64,000 nucleotides of DNA from Takakia lepidozioides (lineage: Eukaryota > Plantae > Bryophyta): assembly GCA_030704615.1 (NCBI GenBank), contig CM060732.1:6138001-6202000 (forward strand), given 5' to 3'. The number at the start of each line of letters is the position of its first letter. The first letter of the stretch is position 1. The translations under genes were made by a program, and so were the position numbers. Below the pieces are notes generated by a model. That model ran no database searches. It had not been told where the DNA came from and worked only from the letters and a program-made list of their open reading frames with translations. Below are positions 39,590 through 52,025 of this stretch, piece after piece.

Positions 39590-41280
39590 ACGGCGCCGCA
39601 TTTCCGTTTTGCTTCTTGGTCATGCACCAGAGCGACGGAAATGCGGCACCGAGTTTCCGTCCGGAGGAAACCTTTATACTCTCCAGAACGGAAATGCGGT
39701 AACGCATTTCCATCCAGCAAGCACGGTATGTGAAGGTGGAACGGAAATGCAGTACCGCATTTTCGTTCTGATTGAGAATTATGAACAACGGGAACAGAAA
39801 TGAGGCACCGCATTTCCGTCCGAGTCACACTTTTCCGACATTCCAGAACGGAAATGCGGCGCCGCATTTCCATTTTGTATCTGATGCATGGAGCTGAGGG
39901 ATAAAAATGCTGCAGCACATTTCCATCCTTAAAAGACATTCATACTCTCCATAACGGAAATGCGGTACCGCATTTCCGTTCTGATTGAGAATTATGAACA
40001 ACGGGAACATAAATGCGGCACCGCATTTCTGTCGGAGTCGCACTTTCCGACATTCCAGAACGGAAATGCGGCGCCGCATTTCCATTTTGTATCTGATGCA
40101 TGGAGCCGAGTGCGATTCCGACAGCTTCATACAGCGCAATTCCGACCGCTTGAGACATTCATACTATCCCGAACGGAAATGCGGTACCGCATTTCCGTTC
40201 TAACTGAAAATCGTGAACCATCTGAACTGAAATGCGGCAGCGTATTTCCATCCGAGTCGCACCTACCAACATTCCAGAACGGAAATGCGGTACCGCATTT
40301 CCGTTCTAACTGAAAATCGTGAACCATCGGAACTGAAATGCGGCAACGCATTTCCATCCGAGTCGCACCTCCCAACATTCCAGAACGGAATGTATTAGAT
40401 TCAAAAGGGAAATGCGGCACCGCATTTCCGTTCTGATGAAATATCCTGAAACATCGGAATTGAAATGCGGTACCGCATTTCCGTCGGAGTCGCACCTTCC
40501 GACATTCCAAAACGGAAATGCGGCGCCGCATTTCCGTTTTGTATGTGAGGCATGGAGCTGTGGAACGAAAATGCGGCACAACATTTCCGCCAGCGTCAGA
40601 CGTTAATACTCTACAGAACGGAAATGCGGTACCGCATTTCCGTTCTGACTGAAAATCATGCGCAACGGGAACAGAAATGCGGCACCGCATTTCCGTCCGA
40701 GTCGCACCTTCCGACATTCTAGAACGGAAATGCGGCGCCGCATTTCCGTTTTCTATATGGGGCCTGGAGCTGTGTGCTACGGAAATGTGTTGCCGCATTT
40801 CCATCCATGTGAGACCTTCAAAATTTCGAGACCGGAAATGCGGCACCGCATTTCTGTCCAGGTGAGACCTCTATACTTTCCCGAACGGAAATGTGGCACG
40901 TCATTTCCATTCATCAACTAACGTATGTGAAGGGGGAACGGAAATGAGGTACCGCACTTCCGTTCACATTGAAAATCATGAACCACGGGAACTGAAATGT
41001 TGTGCCTCATTCCCGTCCGAATCGCACCTTTCGACATTCCAGAACGGAAATGCGGCGCCGCATTTCCCTTCTGAATCTAATACATGGAGCTGTGGGACGG
41101 AAACGCGGCACTGTATTTCCGTTCAACAACTAAGGTATGTGAAGGTGGAACGGAAATGCGGTGCCGCATTTTCTTCCAACAAGTACGGATGTGTAGCTTC
41201 GTGATGGTACTTAACGGAAATGCGGCGCCGCATTCGCATTTTCGCTCCAACTCATCAGACGCTGGGACGGAAATGCCTTG
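39590..41280. repeat. Palindrome array, copy B (ACGGAAATGCGGCGCCGCATTTCCGT)
   Basis: Many copies at about 55-65 bp spacing; one also near the left end (about 35277-35298). Confidence 0.92.
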
Positions 41281-41820
41281 AAATGTGAACACGTGGAGCA
41301 ACGGAATTGCTGCACATGTCGGCACTCTATCTGACTGAAGGGGCATGAGGCGGCGCGGCCTGACCGTTGGATAATGATGTTTGTTTTTCGGACGGCAGGC
41401 GTACCCTGAACGATTCGAATTTCGTAATGACGCAAACTCCACGAGGAGACACTTTCAATATTGACGCTTTGACTCGAACTATAACATCAACCACGTTACA
41501 AATATAATGATATCTCAATTGTATCAGGCTAGACCCCCTTGACAATTAAATTGACTATAATTAATATGTCATCCAATTTGTATAATGATAACTTCTTAAA
41601 AGTCTTGCTACATTTAAATCTCAATAATCAACAATTTTTTAAGATTTTGTTTCTAAGTTAAATGATTAAATATGATTAGATATATTTGTTTTTAAACATT
41701 ATTTATTGATTAATGTAATTCAATTCAATTTTGTCGTATATGAAGTTTGGTCCGGATTTCAGCGAAAAGTCCAGATTTAATTAAAATGGTGTTTTTTTTG
41801 TCTGGCCTATCTATATGGTC

Positions 41821-42402
41821 TCAGATCCGACACCGGCAGAGAGGGCATGACCCGTTGAGCTGCACCCATATGTCAAAGTATGGAGTGTGGAATGAATGGA
41901 AGCACTCACTCAATATGCATACGGACTCTCCAGCTACTGGTGTCTCCAGGCAAATTGTGCATGGTTCCAATGCCCTTGTTTCCGCTGGCACAACAGACTC
42001 CGAAGCCAACTCTTCAACGATGTCCATGGAAACACCAATCCAGTGCAAATCCTCTTCTTCATTAACCTCCATCTCCTCATCGTCACCTCCTTCCTCATCC
42101 TCCATCCCCACGTTTTCGTCAGCGTCTGACTCCTCTGAATCAGTGCTGCATTCCTATTCAGCTGGAACGTTCTCAATTTGCGACTGCATAAGCAACAAAG
42201 CCTCATATTCCTGCCTGGCAACGCACTCGTCGATATCGTCGAGATAAGGAGTCCACCACGATTTGGAAGCAGGCCTGTCATCCCCGTCGCCCTCCACAGC
42301 ACGGCTGCTGCTGCTTGCATCTACATTGGCAGCAGGTCTGTCCTCCCCGTCGCCCTCCATAACACGGCTGCTGTCGCCTTCATCCACATTGGCAGCGTCC
42401 AT
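41821..42402 (-). pseudogene. Acidic protein with C-terminal RING-H2-like finger (captured fragment)
   Basis: ORFs 42154..42402 and 41821..42111 are in one frame separated by a single TAG; CTICLE..CFHSFH..W..SCPLCR, with one ligand Cys replaced by Tyr. Confidence 0.75.
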
Positions 42403-43339
42403 CTTAGCTAAACAGACAAAATGACTAACAACAAACTTGATTTTGAGCTGTCAATACTGTGCTTGTAATCGTTGCAGACTTCCTTTAACCAGCCAGCGCA
42501 TAATCAGCGCCGTGAATGACAGAACCTAGCCGGCTCAAAACACTAGGAATCGCTGTCTTTCGGATCTTACTTATGTTCAAAAATGTTTTTTTAATTACAA
42601 ACGGTCTTATTCCCGCGGTCCTATGTTCGCAGCCCTATTCTCGCGGCCTTATTCTCCTCCTATGCCTATAATCGTTCCCGACTATGCAGGTTCGGCAACT
42701 GCCAAACCTGCTTTTCCGAACCGAGGGCAAATTTCTAGGCCACATTATGATGCAGCACCCGAGCGCACTTTTCGACATGAAAAACAGTCAAAATTAGGTC
42801 GGGAAGGGCTAAATTCCAGGAATATTCCCTAAAAATTGCTCTGCTCATGCTTATATGTGCTCATGCTCATGCTCATGCTCACCGCTCATGCAAAGTACAC
42901 ACCCTTGAATCTGGGCTGACGGGTTGTCTGATCAAGATGAAATGTTAGATCTATCCCGGTGGGTGTGAAACAGGGTCCCTGTTTTTGGTATCAGAGTTGC
43001 TGGTCGCGGCCATTCAAGTTCAAGTTGGCGGACCAGAGGGCTGCCGATTTAGTGACACAATGGATGCACAACTCTAACTATACTACATATGGACCAAACA
43101 TTGGTGATTTGGTCTTACGTATAGAGAGTTTTGGTCGCATCTCACTTGCAGGTTTGAATCCACTGTCTCTTTACTGTACACCAGGAGATATAGCGATCCG
43201 TATCGTGCACACGGGTGGAGGAACTTACGCTAAAACATGGATTCTTGCTCATGATCGTAATACTTGGGTAGATGCGGAAATAGAAGCAACAGATCATACA
43301 AGCCATGTCCGATCAGTCCATTTCGGACGACAAGTCTGA

Positions 43340-43789
43340 ACTTTGCAATCACCCGATTGGACAAATAATTGTGGAATCAGATGCACCTTTCGTAAGCTAC
43401 TAGGACACTTCGAACAAGACTGTAGGATGAAAAAGGAACAGGGGTCGACTGCATTGCCTTCTAACAATTTGCTTGAGATTATGTGTGATGATGATGAGGC
43501 GGTCTTGGAACAGTTGAATCAATTAAGGGCACATCACGAGATCAAAGAGATACGACGACTCCCTAAAGTAAGAACACCGGTGGTACCTCCTAATCAGAAG
43601 GGCGGTCCAAGTTCAAGGCGAAGCAACATCATAGGAGGAGCTTCCAGAGGAACAAACACGAGCCTCTGGTCAGTTTCTCTTCCCAAGAAGGTTTGAAAAA
43701 TTTCCCGAGCCAAAGACAGGAAGATCAAAGATATTAAACCATTTCTACAAAGGGCGTATATCCATGTCACCAATGGAGGTCATCATGCA
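43340..43789 (+). pseudogene. Degenerate gag/zinc-knuckle-like retroelement fragment
   Basis: CTFRKLLGHFEQDC resembles a decayed CX2CX4HX4C. Confidence 0.4.
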
Positions 43790-44507
43790 GAGGTTAGCTA
43801 TTTCATGAGCATGAGCGGCATGAGCGGCATGAGCGGAGTAGCAAGACAATCGGTTTTCATGAGCAGAAGTACAAATTTCGAAAATAAAAAACATTATAAA
43901 ACATTAATTTAATGCAATGTGTCAGAAAAAAAACAAATATATTATTCGGCACCTTGAAGGGAAAATTGTAGTTTTGAGAGTTGTGCTCATCATATTTCAT
44001 CTTCCGCTCATGCCAATTCCCAGCGACATGTGCAAAAATGGCGCCGAATTTCGCGGTAATAGGGTCCGTAACCGGAAAAAACCGCGACGTATTTCGCGGT
44101 AATAGGTCTCTCTGGCGAAAAATGGTGCCGAATTCCGCGGCTATAGGTCCCCTCATGACAGGTGTGTAAGCCCAAAATTTGGAAATGTGGCGCCGAATTT
44201 CGGTACATGGTGCCGGGGATTGCACAGATGTTGGGCAGTTTTGGGCCATGTAACTGGAAATTCGGCGCCATTTTTCCAGACACGGGTACCAGTGCATGTT
44301 GGGACTTAGCCAGTTTTCGGCCCAAAATAGAGAAATTCGGCGCCATTTCTCCAGAAATGGCCCCACAACTGCTGTTGGATCTCAGTTTGAATGGAATATT
44401 GCCTCATCCCAAGAGTTTTGGGGTGCATTTCATTACACTGCAAAAAAAAATTCTGATACATGAAAATGCAATTGAAAATATCCATATGGAGGATTCCCTT
44501 TGCCCCA

Positions 44508-47500
44508 TCAATGATTTCTGGAATCCCTAAGGAGGAGTTTGTGCAGCTCGTTCACGCTCAACGCCGGTGCATGAATAAAGTCATCAATAGTCAAGTTCAT
44601 CGTCAACCTCTTCAGGTAAATGTAATACAGATGCTTGCACGGATAATACTTTGAACCCTTCTTTGCTTCCATCAACGAGAAGTCCGTACAATTGCAAGTC
44701 GGCTCCACTCCAATCGTAATTGTGTATACATCGTCGCGTGCAGCCGAGCCGGCCGTTGCCATCCGATAAACACGCCCAAGGCCGGGTGGAGGTACGTCCA
44801 CGGAGCTCTGAATAGTGCAAGCCATCCCAAGAGCATTGGCAATCCGAGTCTCATTCAACTTGTTGGGAGGGTGTCGTCTCTTCACTCTTCCGAATCGCAT
44901 TGTGGGATGTGCAGAATTGTCCAATCCGTCTCTACTGGACCGAGCAGTCTGCAATGGCTGGGTCTGAGGAACCGGAAATGCGTGGGCCGGGACGTCTGTG
45001 CGTTGCACCATTCGAAATCCTGCTGCAGATAGAGCATCCGCCTCATTCTGAGAGAGGCTGCAACCCGGTGCAACAGGCCAGACATCCGGAGGCTCCGGCA
45101 TTCCTTGAATCCCATACTTGGGCTTGCCAAATACACAGGTCATTATGTCGTGCCTACATAACCAAAATGTCTGCGTTGTGGCGTGAGCAAATGTGGGAGT
45201 AAAAAATCTGTCGCTGAAACAAGGTGCAGGTACAGCACCGTGTGGGTTCCTCCGAATCATCTCACCACAATGTGCTCTCGTATCCACTCGGATGGCGCAG
45301 CACTTCCCTCGAAATGCCGGCAATGTCCTCGCAATTCTCCACTGTGACTCCGACACTCTTGTCTCAAAAATGGGAATGTTGTACTGCTTTACTACAGATG
45401 GCTCGTTATGTTGCCAGGGCACGCGCCCTGTGCTCAAAGGAGATGGCGATCTTGAACGTGTAGGACTTGCGGTGCTCGACAAGACCTCCTCGGGCAACAT
45501 CACAGGACCACGAGGGAGCGTGCGAATATTCTTGTCAGCTCGCCATGAATCCTCTTCTCCGCCAGGTGCCTTGTCAAGTCTTCGTCTCACTGGACGGGTA
45601 TGAACATCTCCTTCCAAATGTTGGCCTCTTCAAAGCAATGGCGTGTCCCGAAGGCCCTCTCGCAAGGCCGCCGCCCACTTCCGAGGATTCTTCGATCTGG
45701 AGGCAGTCCGCATCAGCATTTCCTGCCTGTCCGGCCCCAAGCCCCACTGTTTCCCTTTCAAGAACTCGTTGTACCTGCTTTGCTACATAATTGACCTCAC
45801 AATGTCCTTCGTTGTGGCAGTGAGGATGTCCACCAGATGCGTCGCAGAGGAGGCATGCCAGGAAGAGTGCACTGATTCGGCCATGTTTGTCGTGGGCATG
45901 TCGGTGTCGGAGTCGAGATACATTTCCTGCACAAGCACATGTTGAGGTTACAAGCAAGTTACAAATAATGCCAAGAATAATATTCAACGGGACGCGAATT
46001 CGTGCAACTCACCTCCCGCATATAGTCGCCGAACTGGAGGAAACGATAATGCCACCATGCTAGCCAACTGACCATTGCTCCCTCGTCTGATTTCCTTACA
46101 GCACCTGACGATGTCCACCAAGCCCGTATACATGCAAACTGTGTCTCTGCATCATCCAAGGTGGGAGCGCGCTTCCACGCAAGACACATGGAACGGTGCT
46201 CCTCTCTGAAATCTGGCGCCACGAGCCTGGTTGTGTACTGCGAAAGGCTCTGCAGAAAATGGAACCCACAAGATCTCTCCTTGCATTCCATGGGAACATT
46301 GGGGTCTTGCCCGTACACCCTTCGGATGGCAGCCCAATTTGCTTGTGCGTTGTCCGCCATGAAACCACGGAAATTGGGAGGGGGCAATCCCGCCTTGGCC
46401 ATCTGTTCGTTTATTCCCTGCCAAAGAAGCATCTCCGATTGTGTGTCCTCTCCTTTCATCTCACAAATAGCAATTGTCATTAACATCCTGCAATGGGTGT
46501 CGTAGACATGTGCACCCATTGTCACCCACTGGTGATTTGCAATTCGCTTGATATGGTCGAACATGACCCAACTGTTTGACAAGTCCCCACTCGTCATCCT
46601 GTCGACCAGTTCGACGCCTCTGCCAAGTCCACACGTCGACATTTTGAATACGAAACAACGATCTGCCTCAGTCCCTTGTCCTGGAAACCGACTTCCATGA
46701 ATGTAGTCATATCCACATCGTCGCTTCACCTCCAGAATGGAGTGCATATCCGAGCCACGCCCAATTTTCTGTTTGCATGACACAATGTGGTTTCGGACAT
46801 TCGGTGAACAAACGTGGGACACCGACTCCAACAATGCCTCCATTTCCTTGTCATCGAGAGGAACTCTGTCGGAGCCGTCTTCCGACATAATTCTGGCCAA
46901 CGCCATCTTATGGGCGGCTTGGAGCTATATCTGTTTGGGTTTGGCACCCGGTCTCAACTTAACCTCCTCCTGAACGAGCTGCTCTGCCTCGTGGGCAGCC
47001 TCCCGCGAGTTCCCCCTCGCCAATTTGTGACAATGGGAACCAACGTGTATGCAAGCTCGGGTGAGGTCAGGGAAACGGTGCAACACATAGAACTGCTTGG
47101 CATTACAAACAGACATGCAGTGTGGTGATTCTTTGCAATGCGCACACTTAAATGTGGAGTTCGGAACCTTCTCCTGAGCTCGAAATGGTTGATGAGCTGT
47201 GCCTGTCCAATCGGTCTCGTTCCTGTGACTTCTGGATTTAAAGTGGAAGCAAGTTGGGGAGAAACACCGCAACGCGCCCGCACAAACAACGTAGCGCACC
47301 CGCACACCATCGAGCATCTTCATGTTGGTGGTTTTGGTAACGCACCAAGGATGACCGTCATGTTTTCTATCCATATCTGTCAACATTCCGGACGCCCTCG
47401 AGTAGTCCGCCCGAGGAGGGAACTCAAAGAAGATATTACCGTCGACGCCTGCGGGAAGGCATGTAACTGATTTAATTGCAAACTTGTTGTAGTCCAGCCC

Positions 47501-48100
47501 GGCCAGCTCCGAGTGGTGTCCCTCCATGTGAAGCCCTCGCAGAATTTCAAGAATAGATCGAACTGCGGTGCTCGTGCTGGGAATATGACTCCCTCGTCCA
47601 GTGACGTCCATTGAGGACTTGCCTGATCTCCAGGACGATCTCGGAACTTCCATGACCTCGTCTGAGTCGGACAGGTTGTGAACAACCCGGTTCTCGCTCG
47701 TCTTCATTGATGGGTTTGGCTCTGGATTTACCTCGTTGCGGACTTCTTTCTTTGAGGTACCCACTCTCTGATTCGCGGATTGTTTCGTTGAAGGCGCCAG
47801 GATAAAAGGTGCATTTGGTGGGCAAATGAAGTCCCCAACAGCCTTGTATATAACGTTGTCCGATGGTGGAACTCGCCATTCCCTGCCATCGCCGAAATCA
47901 TCGTGGAGCACAACAATACTCTCGACAACAACGCCGTTTGAGTCCTTCCTTTCCTCCTCCAAAAAAACCGACCCCGATTTCAGGTGGTATCGAACGCACA
48001 GATATTTCTCCATCACCCGGCAGATGTCCCCTCTGCACGGAAATGAAGCTCTATGCTCGTGAGGAGGGCAGTACACTGTAGCGCTCGGGTTTTCCGCCAT
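44508..48100 (-). pseudogene. MULE transposase C
   Basis: ORFs 46925..48142, 45959..46906 and 44508..45617; same motifs as A and B; in-frame stops near 46925 and 45630. Confidence 0.9.
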
Positions 48101-48349
48101 GGGAGATGTGCACACAAGACTGCCAGGATGGCGTGCGGGCAAGCTCCCTGGTAGAAGGGGGATGCAGCGATGGGAAGGAATGCGGTGCCGATTTGTCCGA
48201 GCGACGAAGCCTGATCCAAATCCAGGGAGCCAACTATCTCAAAAATCCACAATCAGAGTGTTAATGAACCTTGTCTCCGGAATGCGGCCCCTGGTCTTTG
48301 CGCAATAACTGCCAACGGTATGCAGTCAGAAAGTGGGGGGCCGTCTGGA

Positions 48350-50030
48350 TGATGTCGGCTGAAGGGGAGAAGCCGGCACCGTGCCGTCACATTACTACCC
48401 CCGAATGGAAATTCGGCACTGAATATCCAACCGGGGCCGCACGGATGAAGTCGCCTGGGGCAAAGAGGCCGGCACGTGTCCGACAGAGAACATCCCCCGG
48501 ATGGAAATTCAGCGCCGAATTTCCATCCGGATCCCCCCAAAGGAAGTCGTGTCGGGGGTCAGGCCGAAAACTGGCCGACATAAAAACCTCCCCGGATGGA
48601 AAAACGGCGACGAATTTCCATCCGGGGCCGTTCGGATGCAGTCGGGGAGGGGGGAGAGGTCGGCACCTGGCCGTCACATTTCAACCCCCGGATGGAAATT
48701 CGGCACCGAATATCCAACAGGGGACGCCCGGATGAAGTCGCCTCGGGCGGAGAGGCCGGCACGTGTCCGACAGAGAGCATCCCCTGGATGGAGATTCGGC
48801 GCCGAATTTCCATCCGGGCCCCCCCAAAGGAAGTCGTGTCGGGGGGTCAGGCCGAAAACTGGCCGACATAAAAACCTCCCCGGATGGAAAAACGGCGCCG
48901 AATTTCCATCCGGGGCCGTTCGGATGCAGTCGGGGAGGGGGGAGAGGCCAGCACCTGGCCGTCACATTTCAACCCCCGGACGGAAATTCGGCACCGAATA
49001 TCCAACAGGGGACGCCCGGATGAAGTCGCCTCGGGCGGAGAGGCCGGCACGTGTCCGACAGAGAGCATCCCCTGGATGGAGATTCGGCGCCGAATTTCCA
49101 TCCGGGCCCCCCCAAAGGAAGTCGTGTCGGGGGGTCAGGCCGAAAACTGGTCGACATAAAAACCTCCCCGGATGGAAAAACGGCGCCGAATTTCCATCCG
49201 GGGCCGTTCGGATGCAGTCGGGGAGGGGGGAGAGGCCGGCACCTGGCCGTCACATTTCAACCCCCGGACGGAAATTCGGCACCGAATATCCAATAGGGGA
49301 CGCCCGGATGAAGTCGCCTCGGGCGGAGAGGACGGCACCTGTCCGATAGAGAGCATCCCCCGGATGGAAATTCGGCGCCAAATTTCCATCCGGGCCCCAT
49401 TAAAGGAAGTCCGGTCGGGTGGTGAGGCCGAAAACTGGACGATATAAAAACCTCCCAGGATGGAAAAACGGCGCCGAATTTCCGTCCGGGGCCGTTCTGA
49501 TTTCCCTCTAGCAGTCGAGGAGTCCATGAAAAACTTGTCTAAAAGTGGACTTCAGCCACAAAACTAACAGTTTACTGTGTTTTTCTCCAAAAAACCAAGC
49601 GGCCACGCTCAGAATCACCTGCAGGATGGTAATTCGGCACTTAGACTTACCTGGCGGATGGAAATTCGGCGCCAAATTTCCATCCGCCAGCGATCCGAGT
49701 AACCTGCTGGATGGAAATTTGGCATGACGAAAATTTGGCGCGCCGCCCTACCTGGCGGATGGAAATCCGGCTCCGAATTACCAGCATGACGAAAATTTGG
49801 CGCGCCGCCCTACCTGGCAGATGGAAATCTGGCGCCGGATTTCCATCCATCCGCGCGCAGAATTACCTGCGTGGTGGAAATTTCGCGCGCCGCCCTACCT
49901 GGCGGATGGAAATCCGGCGCCGGATTTCCATTTATCCGCGCTCCGAATTACTTGCAGGATGGAAATCCGGCGCCGGATTCCCATCCTGCCGCGCTCCGAA
50001 TTACCTCTACGTTGGAAATTCGGGGCCGAG
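48350..50030. repeat. Palindrome array, copy C, with 288-bp higher-order repeat
   Basis: Near-identical ORFs start at 48596, 48884 and 49172 (period 288 = three subunits of about 96 bp); second array about 49620-50030. Confidence 0.92.
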
Positions 50031-51006
50031 TTGCGTCATATTTCATCCGACAGGGAGGGCTTCATCCGACATTTAATTGCGTAGTTGGGCATTAAATGTC
50101 CACCGCCATCCGTTTTGATTCGGGCTTGCGATACAGGGATTCCGCGGTTGCTTCCTTGATACGTACCCTAAATCTGATGCTAAACTTGGATTAACTTCTA
50201 TTCGAGGCATGTACCCCAAAAAACTGAGATCTTTTTTCTTTTTGGCTGGGACTTATGCCGCCTGAAGGGCGTGGCTCTCCTGAGAGAGACCCCACATCCA
50301 GACCGCGGCGGAAGTTGAGAGCTTTGTACTTTGGACGATGGCCAATCTCTCGCATGGCCAAACTTAAGCTCCAGCAGGACATTCCAGTGTCTTGCTCACA
50401 ACCCGCGCCAACTGAAGCCGAGTACTCTCAGGCAAGCCACTTCTGCTTTCGCTTTGTTCGCTTTCGCTTTGTTGTTTCGCTTTGTTTTCGCATCTTCATC
50501 CTGGCATCGCTGGAAGCGTATGGTTGCATCGCAAAAGTAGGAGCTGTTGCGAGGAATGATCAAGGTCTGAGTGGTTAAAAATTAAGGGAATCCATGCTGA
50601 GCTGAGAAGAATGTCTGAGCAGATGAAGTGCCTTCAAAACATTTCACCTTGTTTTCCCGTCTTATGGAATTCTTGATCATTTGTTCATCATGTTTCATAT
50701 TACCGGTTGAGTGAACCTTACATAGTTTGCAATGCGTGTGCAAAGCCGGCAGCTCTGGAGAAGGCTGCTTGTGCATGTCATTCTTAGGCATTGGTTGGAT
50801 TTGTTTTCATTGTTGTTCCATGGCACTCCATACTTCCTAAACTTGTTTTGTTTTCATTGTTGTTCCACGATTGTTGCTATGGTGGTTGCGCTGCTCGTTG
50901 CGATGCTGGTTTTGGCACCGATGTTGGTTCTCACGATTTTTGGGAATGACAGAGTGACGATGAGCCCGGCACGCTGGTGGTATCATCGACAGCTCCAACT
51001 CATCGC

Positions 51007-51480
51007 ATGTTTGAATCGCCCAACTTGGGGCGAGAGGGCAAACTTAAACCTTTTGTTGGTGGACGGGAGGACCTGCAGCGAGAGTACGACAGAATAGGCA
51101 TTGGGGAGGTTGGTGCGGGCGGCATGGCAGGTGAAGGGCGTGAGGATGTGAGGACAACAGATCCGGCAATGGAGGTTGTTGATGCACATGCAGTAGGGCC
51201 CGCCCACGCAAAGAAGAAGAAGAAAGCTAAGCACATGCAATCCCTGGCGAGAGAGCCGTCACGGGCTGCAGAGGGGGGAGTGAGCAGTGCGCGCGAGGGT
51301 GTCAGTTCGTCTCAATCAAAGGTGGTCGTCCTGGAGGGTTGGTTAGACCATCGCGGGCAAGAGCAGCCCCTGCAATTACCCATACGGTGGAGAGTGGAGA
51401 AGAGGAAAGAACACCAGAAAGAGCACGGATTGTGCCAGTTCGAGGTGAAGCCGGGGAGAGGGCAGTCCTGGATAAGGGCA
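51007..51480 (+). pseudogene. 5' remnant of the ParB-methyltransferase gene, copy C
   Basis: MFESPNLGREGKLKPFVGGREDLQREYDRIG matches copy A at 27229; internal deletion, then truncation. Confidence 0.8.
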
Positions 51481-52025
51481 AAGAGGTGCATGGGGATATC
51501 ATCAAAGCTGGAATTGTACCAAATGTCATTCTAAACACTGCCCTGGCAGCTCTGGAAAAGGGGTGTCAAGTTATTTTACCACTGGTGTGAAGTTAGCTAG
51601 GAAATTGCAATGGATAGAGAGGCGAGTAGCCTATGTTGAAAAGCGGCGTTGCATAGCTCAACGCTATGGCAACCAAGTTTGGGCTTCTAGTGTGAAGCGG
51701 AGGAGATGTTGGCCACGAGTGGGCGAACTGGTGGTCGTCTTCTTCAGTTGCAGGCCGAGTTAAGGAGCAGCATGCTGTCGATGGTGAGGCTGGGGTGATG
51801 ACCAGTCAGACCATCTTTGTTTCTCCTGTGGTGAGGTTAGAGGTGATGACCAGCCAACCATAGGAGTACCTGCGGTGGATGCAGGTGCAGGTGCAGGTGC
51901 AGGCTATGTTATGAACCTAGTATTCCAAACCATAAGCCGCATCAAGTTCTCTACCCGGTTACCTTGTGGAGAGGGGGTTAGAGACAGGTTCATGACCGGT
52001 TGAGTGCCAGTTTGTCAACACGAAG

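Larger units (their letters stand above)
34699..42904 (-). mobile_element. MULE copy B (divergent subfamily carrying a RING-H2 ORF)
   Basis: Left GAGGTTTACTATTTCATGAGC plus CATGAGC repeats; right GCTCAT repeats plus GCTCATGCAAAGTACACACCC; no TSD visible. Confidence 0.75.
43790..51480 (-). mobile_element. MULE copy C, right part truncated
   Basis: Left TIR GAGGTTAGCTATTTCATGAGC at 43790; colinear with copy A up to the start of the partner gene; homology lost at about 51480. Confidence 0.85.

Noticed and set aside
39590-41280. CRISPR array (palindromic repeats at regular spacing; also 25.4, 30 and 48.5 kb)
   Set aside because: Intervening sequences are themselves repeated rather than unique spacers, no cas genes are seen, and the context is eukaryotic.
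48271-49527. Repetitive ORFs (MEIRRRISI, WKFGAEFPS) as real proteins
   Set aside because: They are open on both strands and in several frames, as expected from GC-rich palindromic repeats.
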